Shown here one piece after another: positions 53,726 through 64,000 of a stretch of 64,000 nt of DNA. Location of the stretch: positions 85,684,001 to 85,748,000 of the forward strand of contig OZ024746.1 of NCBI GenBank assembly GCA_964016885.1. The letters are read 5' to 3'. Position 1 is the stretch's first letter, and each line of letters opens with the position of its first letter. The DNA comes from Eledone cirrhosa. Taxonomy: Eukaryota. The notes beneath the pieces were generated by a model that saw nothing but the letters and a program-made list of their open reading frames with translations, made no database searches and was not told where the DNA came from. A program made the translations under genes and the position numbers.

Positions 53726-55589
53726 ATAATAACAGTAGAAGAGGGGAAATAAAGGAAAGGAAAAAAAGAGAAATGAAAAATATGAGAAGCACAAAATAAA
53801 AGAACTGAAAAATATGCATTTTGTGTGCGGTTAGTTGGGTGAAAGCGGTATGGACCTATTATGTAACAGATGCTTCCGAAAATGTTTGCACTTCACGAAA
53901 ATCTTTGACCTGGTGTTCAAATACAGTACACGTTTTTGAAGTTTGACTTTTCTCGGTTGTGTTATGATCATATCTTTATTTCTGTTCTTGTAATTACCAG
54001 CTGTAGTCGGCAAATGTTGTTGTATTTGTTTGACTGGTACTTTATTCTATCTATCCTGGAAGGGTGAAAGGCAAAGTCAATCTCGATTTGATTTGAACAC
54101 AGAAAAATAAAGAGACTCACCTACAATACTACAAAGCCTTTTGTTAGTTGCTCAATCTATTCTGCCGTTTACTACTTTTTTTCTTCATAAAAATATTGTT
54201 TTCGTGAAAGATCGAATTCACTACAAAACTCTTGAATACATCAGTTATTCATTAGATTAACATAACGCCACAAATTTGTAAGAGGAAGGTTTTGGTGGTT
54301 GCATCGACTACAATACAAGCCTGATATTTATTTCATCCATCACCTGAAGACTGAAAAGTAAAATCGATCCCGACTGGAACACAAATCGATTAAACTTAAT
54401 ACTGTTACGACCAATCCGCCACTTTTCTTGAAAGTAATAATACCTTAAACAAATTTGTTAATCTTCTTATTTAAGGTCACTTAAAGTTTTGAAGAACTCA
54501 TCAAATCAGGGATGTGTATGGCCCGAAAACTAATCTTTAGTCTCAAAATGCTGTCTGTCCTATTATCAAAGGACGTGAGAAATAAACCTTTAGCAAGCAC
54601 GTGCTACAGACAAGATAAGGTATACGCGCTGGTTTAATAATGTATGTCCAAGACATTGCAGGTTGTGAAAAGTATAAAGTGACTAATGCTTGGTGGTATT
54701 TTCTTTATCTTCAGAACTCCTAGAATATTTTCCTAGCCAATTCTGCTAATCCATCATCTAATAATAATTAACGAACGGATTATAGATTTTCATAACATTG
54801 TTTCACTAGGTTAAAGATTTCGGTTATGTCTTAGATTTTGTTCCATTATTAAGATTGTTTAAAGTGTAGTACTCGAAGACAAGAACGTCGAAACAGGCAG
54901 AACAATATTATAGATATGTGTATGTGTTGGACCTCCGTTAGTTCAGACGTCGAGCGTTCCATTTATTCGAACAACGGAACAGCCTGCTCGTGAAATTACC
55001 ATGTAAGTGGCTGAGCATTCCACAATCAGGTATGCCCTTAATATAACTTTCAGGGAGATTCACTGTGACTCAGTGTGCGACAAACTTGCCCCTTTGAACC
55101 ATAGGTACACATTTCTTTACAGCCGAGTGGGTTGGGGTAATGTTTAATGGCACAATGTGAATTAAACTCATAAACGTCCCAGCCACTAAATCACTCGCCT
55201 TCACTAATATTATAAATATTGATTTCTAATATTGACACTGAGATTGTGTCTAGTCGATTGATTTAACCCAATGGCTGATTGACACTTCATTTTATTGACG
55301 CTGGAAAGATGAAAAACAAACCTATCATCTATTATTATTGCCTCTTATATTTACATAAACCATTTCGTTTTGTTGCAATTTTACTTCGTAACCGGATTAA
55401 TAATTTTGATGCTACCAAAATAATTCTTTCTTTATACAAATGTATTTATTTGCCGATCGATCAGTAAAGAAGAATATATACATCAATAACGACCATCAGT
55501 AAAATGGCCGCGACACAAGCACAACATTAGATTCAAAGTTAGTGATATTTTCTATAAACGTTCTGCCGGTCGTTTTCAAAAAGGGATAC

Positions 55590-55686
55590 ACAACAACAAC
55601 TACTACTACTACTACTACTACTGCTAATACTACTACTACTACTACTACTGCTAATACTACTACTACTACTACTACTACTTTTGCTG

Positions 55687-55748
<62 letters not shown>

Positions 55749-55798
55749 ACTACTACTGCTGCTGCTGCTTCTGGTACTACTACTACTGCTGCTGCTGC
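55590..55798. repeat. (TAC)n/(TGC)n tract
   Basis: Direct. Confidence 0.96.
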
Positions 55799-56257
55799 AT
55801 ACATATATATACTGTTTTCCCATACAGATTGGAAATGAAAAACTCGGAGTAACGATTTGCGAGGTTTTCAGCTACCGATAAATATATAATATAAATAACT
55901 TTATTTTTTCTATTGATTACTCTGTTTTCTCCCTTTACATGCTCTTTCTATTTATATGTTCGATCAGGTGACCAACGAATTAATTCAGCTTATAGATCGC
56001 AATCATCATTCTTTATATTTTGTATTGATAGGCTTTGAACAAATTATATTGCTGTGAATGATCTGGGGTGTTTCTAGGAATGATCTATATGTAGCTCTCT
56101 TACTGAGATTGTAGCTAAATGGACATTGTGTTGTGAAAGTTTACTACTATGTAAATATTTAAGCTGTTAATTAACTGATCCTGGTGTCTGTGATCCTGAT
56201 GTGGCTATAGCATGATTAACTCGTCTTTAAGAAATATTTGTTGCAGTATCAACATTA

Positions 56258-56452
56258 CGGGCAAAACCAACCGGCAGGAGACCCAGGGGTAGACCCCAAG
56301 CAAGATGGTTGGATAACATCCATGAGCTTGGCTGGTCACGCTTGGGGATCCAGCCGGATCAATTGGAGACGTTGCTTCTGATAGGACCCACTGGAAGAAG
56401 TGTTTGAGGACTCTGTTCCCCCCACGACCCTCTCCAAAAGAAGAAGAAGAAG
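56258..56452 (+). mobile_element. RTE-clade LINE 3' end with (AAG)n tail
   Basis: TGRRPRGRPQARWLDNIHELGWSRLGIQPDQL..DRTHWKK. Confidence 0.8.
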
Positions 56453-56859
56453 AATCAACATTTAAACATTACTTTTTTCATAGGTTGCATCAAAATAAAT
56501 TATTCAGCCAGACAATTGCATCTTTTAAAACCATCAAAGGATCTTATTGCGGTTTCAAATATGAACCAAAATTATGAGAATATTGTCATTTTCATTCTCA
56601 TTCAATTTCCAAATGTGATGATAAGGAGAGATAAGTATGTCTCAAATCTGTCAACTCTCCTCGTCCGACGGGGATATCTTCCACCCATTTGGGGTGGGTG
56701 AGAGATGTCTTCTCTTTTGAAAATGGGTATAGCTTTCAGTATGTAAAAATCTCCTCATTTTGCCTCATTTCTCTCCGTTTTGAGGGCACTTTTCATTGTA
56801 CTCTCCGTTTGGGTTTTTAGAGGTTGGCAGGTCTGTGGTATGGAGAGATATGTATGCCT

Positions 56860-57470
56860 ACTTTTAAATAAGTTCTCTGATGTCATCTGTGGATGTCATT
56901 TTAGCTCTCTATACTAGTACTTTTGCAGAGTTTTTCAATAAAATCAAGAACACCAGTTACGTATATGTCCTATATTGTTTAATTCCTCAGTTTCAAGTTA
57001 CTTCTTCTTGGTTAGTCTTTTTTTTTTTTTTCCTCGATTGGAATATTTCTGTTCTTTAGGCATTACATACCGAGAACACATCCTGCTGTTTTAGCTTTCA
57101 ATAACTATATCTGACAGGTTTGTAGATATACTTGTATTGTCATGTTACTCCATATCCCAGAGGATCTTTATTCCATTATTTTTTATATTTGCTCTGAGAC
57201 GAGATAATATGATTTATCTGAAGTGGGAGTTTGGTAGAATTTACAGATATTACCGTATTGTTTCAGGATAACATTCAAAGCAAGCTAATAACATATATAT
57301 AGGCAATAATCTCTTCGACATATTGACTCATTCGTTACTTAAACTTCACTGACATTTATAGAATTCTTTTATTATAATGTCATAAAATAGTACTGGATCT
57401 GTACTGTTTTTTTGTCGGGGGTGCTTTTTTTAAGGTTTGTGTTTGCCACATCCAATTCTTTTAACCACCT
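56860..57470 (-). pseudogene. Decayed restriction-like endonuclease domain of an R4/Dong-like retrotransposon
   Basis: Minus strand KILWDME*HDNTSISTNLSDIV, resembling ILWDxxIxTDxxIxxNRPDIV. Confidence 0.5.
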
Positions 57471-59011
57471 GCCTATAGTTTTATTTTCTTATTCTTTTAC
57501 TGGTTTTAGTCATTAGTTTACGGTTACACTATTATACGACCTTCAAGGGTTTATTCGATCATATCAACCATCTTACGTATTTCAGTCTAGTACTTTATCG
57601 ATCCGCTAAGTTACATTTTTAACACAATATCGATTTTTACACTGATGAACACACATACACACACACACAATGGGTTCCTCTAGAGTGTCCACTAAACAAA
57701 TGCCACTCTCATCACATTGATCAATACGAGGCCTTGGTAAGACACACATACCCCAAGATGTCGAGCAGTGGCATCGAACCCAAATCCATGTAGTTGCGAG
57801 GCGAACTTCTTAATCACACAGCCATCCCTTTTCAAGGAAGGATTTTCAACGTTCCACTTCCACTTTCTCAAACTGTAGCTAATATTATTTCCTTTAACGG
57901 CCGGCTAAACAACATTTAGTATTTATTTATCTATCATTTGTCTAATTCGTAGAGACAACAGCAAAACTTATGCACAAGAAACACAAAACTAAACCACAGA
58001 AAATAATTCAACAACAAAAATGAACAACTAAAAAAAAAGCAGTTCGTACTTGAAAGAATATTCTTCTTTTTTTTTTTTTCGCTTTTGTGTTTCTTTTGCG
58101 TAGATTTTGCTTTTGTCTTTGAATTAAATTTACAAAATTATAAATACCATCTTTTGTTTTGCCAATGTCATGGGCCACCAAATGAAATAACCTAGTAAAA
58201 GTGGGCTGCTAAGTTCAAGAATCGACCCAGTTATATACTGGGTTGGTTCAATCGATTATTTTCATTCTTCAGAATTCAGAGTCATGTGCTAAAGCTAGAA
58301 ATCAGTATTACTAAATATACGATTTTGTGTTTTATATTTTATTACTTCTGATAGAATATAAATGCCTTTTTATCCATTTACAGAGTCAATAACAGTGGTG
58401 GCAAGCCTTTTTAGAGCGTGTGTCCACATTGGCGATAATCAGCTAAAAATATTCAAACACTAAAGCATTATGGCTGTGTAGTTAGGAAGGTGGAAATGTA
58501 ATTATGTCACTCAATGTTAGATACTATTGCGCGGCAGCTTAGATAAGTATACTTTCTACCATAGTTTCGGGTCGACCTCATTCTTATGAGTCAACCTTGA
58601 TAGGAAGAAACTGTGCAGAAGCCAGTCAAATAGATTATATCTATTCTTGATAGTAGGCTTAATTCGTCGCCTGGTTTACTACTTGACCCTCGGGTGTTTT
58701 TAGCAGAGTTCAAGTATTCGGAATAGGTCTTTGGCTTTGTGGGGCTCGGGAGTCGGAAGTGCAGGGGCAGTCTTGCCGGAAAGAGAGGCTAGTTACGTTA
58801 CGTTAGAAGTGCAGACCGTATCTCTCCCTTGGTCTATGAGCTGCGATCGAGTGTGAACGCTTGGTATGAGTGGTGCGAATGAGTGTGGGAGTTTTGCAAT
58901 GTCCTCTCGTGAGATGCAGAGCAGGTGAGCATCACGCAGGAAGATTCAGTCAAGATACGAGTGGAGACGCAAAGGTATGTCTCTTTCGATAGGTTTGAAT
59001 TTAAATAACTC

Positions 59012-59700
59012 AGTATCTCGATGCCCTGATGTCTCTATACGAATGCCCGAGTATTTGTGTTCGGATAAATGGTGCTAAATCGAAACCATTCAATGTGGGT
59101 GTCGGACTCCGCCAAGGGTGCATACTACCACCTCTCCTGTTCATTATTTTCATCAACACGATTGGCATGCGCAGCCGGGCTGGAAGTAATATCATAACTA
59201 GCAGGTGTAAAATCAGTTGGCTAGAATTTGCAGACGACATGGTGTTACTTAATTCGACAGAAGGTAATCTCTGACTTGTACTTGTCATGTTTAATGCCGA
59301 GTGCTGCATGGCTGGAATGAAAATCAGTGCTGCGCAGACTTAGACACTCATTCTCTCAAGGACGCCTGCGCAGTTCACTCTACACGTGAATGGAGTTCTA
59401 CTGAAGCAAGTAGATAAGTTCAAATATCTCGGGGAGTGATGGAAGGCAAGAGGCTGAATTAAGTGCATGAATTGCAGGAACTGGTGCAGTAATGTGTCAG
59501 CTTCAGTATTTGGACATCGGAAGAAGGGAGGTAGGTGTAAAAGCCAAACTCACTATCTTCAATTCGGTATTAATGCCAACCCTTACCTATGGTCATGAAT
59601 CTTGGGTAATGACCGAAAGAATACGATCGCGAATACAAGCGGTCGAAATGGAGTTCCTCCGAAGGGTCTTTGGAGTAACGTTACTCGATAGAGTGCGTAG
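59012..59700 (+). pseudogene. Decayed RTE-clade reverse transcriptase
   Basis: VRINGAKSKPFNVGVGLRQGCILPPLLFIIFI...EFADDMVLL...QVDKFKYLG...PTLTYGHESWVMTERIRSRIQAVEMEFLRR; stops and frameshifts. Confidence 0.92.
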
Positions 59701-60859
59701 AAGAAGAAGAAGAAGAAGAAGAAGAAGAAGAAGAATCTTGATGAGTCGCTTCCTAGTGTGGCAACCCGTGAGTCATGGATTCTTCTACCCTTTCTCCAAC
59801 CAACCTCGAAGGATAGGCACACTCCATAGATGCTAACCTTCTTCTTCTTACAAAATAAAAAAAAAAAAGTATTATAGTTCCCGTGGCCATTTCATCAGCC
59901 TTTTGACATGATGTTCCTTATAATAATTATATTTGTATAACAACTTTTATCTCTCATAAGTGCTAAGCGTCCCCAATGTTATTCTAAGTTTAACAATTTT
60001 CCATAAAAGTTGTTTGTGCGTTGTTGATACAAGTCACACATTTGTAGGTTTAGCTGGCCTCCTTCGAGGTTATATCTCATAGAATGTTTCTCTGGTGTTT
60101 TGGTGATGGAGGTCCCTGTCTGATCATGAAAAGACAGCCTGCAAGGGCTAACCCCTAACTGCTGTTTGTATACTTTTTCTTTCTTTCTTTTCAGCTGAGT
60201 AAAGGTGCTTGGCCTAGTGGTTAGGGTGTTGAACTCGCGATCATAAGGTCGTAGAATTGGGTGATATGTTGTGCTCTTGAGCAAGACGCTTCATTTCACA
60301 TTGTTCTAGTCTACCTAGTTGCAATAAAAGTAACAACGAAAAAATATATAGACAGGAGCGGGTAAGTGTGACTGCAGAGATTTACTAGTATATCATAAAC
60401 TACATTTTTACGTACAGGAAAAGCTAAGTCTGCTACATAAGTTCGGTTTCTAGTTGAAAGTCATTCATTTCACTTCACTAATCATTGTTTAAAAAAAAGT
60501 ATGAACTTCACAACATTCGACTCCAATTTATAAACCCTAGACATATATGTCTAATTAAATAAAATCAATAATTACTATGATAAATAAATTGCGAGCTGAT
60601 TTGACGAGCCAGTATCGATTCCCGATAGTGCCTGGTTTACATCCCTTATGTCGCTAATGTTCACATAAATAACTGAGGCTTTGGGCTGTTCTGAAAGAAA
60701 TCAATAAAGAGCGGTAAAAACGAGCATTCTCTCGTAAGCTGCGTGTACATTCATCGAGTATAACGATTTCTCTTCATTTAAGTACTTAATATTCCAGAGA
60801 AGGGATGAACATCGTACAATCTCATTTTCCCTCACTATGAACCTTAACCTTCGTTTCTG

Positions 60860-61581
60860 TATAATTATTTCTACTTTTTGGCACAAGGCCCGCAATTACC
60901 CAGTGCATTACTGGTACTTTATTTTATGGACCCCGTAAGGATGAAAGGCAAAGTAAACCTCGGTGGGATTTGACCTCAGACCATAAAGGGCCGTAACTCT
61001 TTGCTGCAAAGCATGGCGTCAGACCCTCTACCGATACTGCTAATCCACCCTGTATAATGAACCCTAATTAGAATGCAAAGCAGATTCGTGAGGAAGTCTC
61101 ATAAAGAATAAATTCCTAAACATAATTATCAAGATAATCCATAACAAATAATAAAATATTTATAGTTGTTCGTCTTTAACCTCGGGTCAGTCGTGATCAA
61201 AGCAAATCTATAAGGAAAGGCGCCTCAACTTTCTCTCTTCTGTCTATTTTCTTTTCTCTTTTTTTTTTTTCAAATATAATTGTTTCTACTTTAGGCACAA
61301 GGCCAGCAATTCCACAGTGCATTACTGGTGCTTTATTTTATCGACACCGTAAGGATCAAAGGCAAAGTTAACCTCGGTGAGATTTGAACTCAGATAATAA
61401 TAATAATTGTTTCTACTTTAGGCACAAGGCCAGCAATTACCCAGTGCATTACTGGTACTTTATTTTATCGACCCCGTAAGGATGAAAGGTAAAGTTAACC
61501 TCGACGGGATTTGAACTCAGATCGTAAAGGGACATAACTATGCAGGAAAGCATGGCGTCCGACCCTCTACCGATACTGCCA
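60860..61581 (-). mobile_element. Three SINE copies (60860-61050, 61277-61393, 61395-61581); the last two are directly tandem
   Basis: Repeated ATAATTGTTTCTACTTTAGGCACAAGGCCAGCAATT..TTTGAACTCAG. Confidence 0.9.
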
Positions 61582-63734
61582 TCAAATATAATGTCTCTAA
61601 AACTGCATTATCCAAGGTGTCCTTTTTAAAGATGGTCGCGTGATTTGAGAGATTTAACTGCTATTTCTAGCAAGTCATTTATCTGTGTAAAGGCTCCCTA
61701 ATTGACTCGTTTAACAACGAATAATGTTTTATGCATCACAGATATTTTGAGTCAATACGCGAGTCTCAACACTGTCGCTCGATCTGTTAGAAATAAAAGG
61801 CAAATTTCCCTCAAATCATATCCCACTGTCTTAAATGTGGTCCTAGTTAAACATAGACTGAAAAAGAAAAAAAAAACGAGATAGACACAGTTTGAACACC
61901 TTTGATTCAAAGGGAAGAAACAGTCGATTAACATAAACCTAGTACATGACAGGAATTTTTTTTTTTTTTTTTGTTTATCGATACCGGGAGAATGAAACGC
62001 AAACTCGGTCGCAGTAGGATTTGAACTCAGAAAGTAAAGGGACGCAACTAAAAACCGGGCGACGATTTAAGTCCATCGAAAATAGATGCCGTCTAATTGA
62101 CGAGCTTCCGAACAGTTTCCATCGATCAAGGTTGGCTCACAAGACTCAGGTCGACGCGAAGCTACGGTAAGAATTATACTTATCTAAACTGCCGTGCAGT
62201 TGCATCTAACATAGGACGGCGTGATTGCATAGCGACCACTCAGGCATAATGCTTCGATGTTCGAATATTTCTACAAGAATATTGCCCACCCGCTCTATAA
62301 AGGCTTGCTACCTCTTTTGACCACTATACTACCAATTGTAGTAATCTACCGCCAAGGAGTTATTCATTTTCACCATAGGCACAAGGCTAGCAAATTTAGG
62401 AGAGAGTGTAAAGTCAATTGAATCGACTTAACTTCTTTATTTTGTTGGCCTTCGGAAAATGAGAGGTAAAGTCGGACACATCGGGATTTGAACACAAAAC
62501 GTTCGAATCCCGCCGAGTATACTGACAAAAAGAAACTTTATAACCAGAGGGGGGGGGGGGCAACAAAATAATTTTAAAAAAAAACAGAAGAAAGTTTAAA
62601 AGCGGAAGTAAATAACAATAACAAATGAGATTGAGGGAAATACACTTTAACTAGTAACTACAAATAAATACTTTCTATTCGTTGAACATTTTAATTATAA
62701 ATGCAGTGTTCTGCCATTGCCTTTTCTATGTAACCAAGTTTAGAAACTAAAATCGATAAGCCAATGGTGATCTGCTGTCGATATAAATTGGATCGCCGTA
62801 GACGCTAAGCTTAAGTTAAAGCGCCCTCTACTATCTCTCACAATACAGGATAATTTCATGTGATAAGAATTTCCTATGTTTTGGGTAGATCCATACGGCA
62901 GAGAAAAAGAGTGTTGGTAAAATAGCTCTTGATGTTTATTTTCCCATTCATTCTCAATCATCGTCTGACATAAATATTAAAATAGGGCCTTCAAGGGAGA
63001 TGACTCTTCTGTTATTAATTTTAGTCCTTTAGACTATCATTTACTTGAGTAGCTAGTTTTATTTGAAAAATCGTTTATACAGCAATAGTTTGTTTTTTTT
63101 TCGCTTATTTCTATCGATAAATTGTTGGTTATTATCCATTATTTTAATTATCCATTTGTCTTGCAGATTATCCATTAACAATGATAAACAAAAGATACGC
63201 ACACTCAAAAATGAAAGGGGAAAATTAAAAAAAAATTAAAACATTAATTTACGCTAATAATTATTTATTTCTCGTGTTATATAAAATGATGAGAAACTGT
63301 CATTCATTTTATTATTTGTACTTTTTTTTTTTTTCTTCAAATATTTCTAATGATGTGAATTAATTCTAAGAACACTAGCCAAGAAACAAGTCGCTATGTT
63401 AACTCCCCGGCGGACGACGAGAATAATAGTCACACACATACATAACCATTTGCGTCATTGTGTTTGTGGGTGTCAAGAGATATACTGGTTTGTTACACGT
63501 GTCATTCGGTGAGATCGGGAGAACGTGTTAGTGGTGGTAGTGGTTTGGAGAGGAACGTGGATGTTCTAAACTGAGATGCATTAACAGTAAGTGAAATTAG
63601 TTGGCTTCTAATGAAAATCGAAACTGGAAGCTTGATTCTCGGTTCCACTGTGCTCGTAACTACAACGAGGATATATTGATTTCTTCTATTGTCACAAGAC
63701 CAAACGAAGGGTAATATGAAATCAGTAAAGAGCT

Positions 63735-63860
63735 GTTCTGAGTTCAAATCCTATCGATGTCGATTTTATTTTCCTTTACTTCCAGAGTCGATAAAAATAA
63801 CAAATATAGAGTCGATTCCGATGAGTAATCTTTTTCCTTGCAAATATTAAAACCACAGCC
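63735..63860 (+). mobile_element. Decayed SINE, main family
   Basis: CTGAGTTCAAATCC..GTCGAT..GAGTCGATAAAA. Confidence 0.7.
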
Positions 63861-64000
63861 CCCATATTCATACGTGTGTGTCTCTCTATATAATTATATA
63901 ATTAGCTATGTTGTAAGAAACTGAATAAATATAATTATATAAACTCTATTATCAACACTGAATTCTGCCTCCTTTGTGGATTACCAAGATCACTTTTTTT

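Overview
AT-rich, repeat-saturated eukaryotic DNA. The microsatellite load and tRNA-derived SINE families resemble a cephalopod (Octopus-like) genome; that is inferred from repeat content, not proven. I found no intact host protein-coding gene, and almost all ORFs in the track are microsatellite or minisatellite read-throughs. The window holds many SINE copies, decayed non-LTR retrotransposons (L1/Tx1, Hero-like, CR1, RTE, R4-like), a decayed hAT (SPIN/GTF2IRD2-type) transposase, several MITEs, and two minisatellites (15 bp and 21 bp units). The most notable signal is a set of short elements in or against (TA)n tracts. They carry minimal type-I hammerhead ribozyme motifs (compensatory stem II changes between copies in two families) and/or fold-back palindromes with an unpaired 3' tail, and one retains a GIY-YIG endonuclease C-terminus. 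Together these point to several co-resident Penelope-like element families. An L1/Tx1-like element also occurs three times with (TATC)n on both sides, suggesting microsatellite targeting. Family labels A-E are my own working names, and coordinates of decayed elements are approximate.
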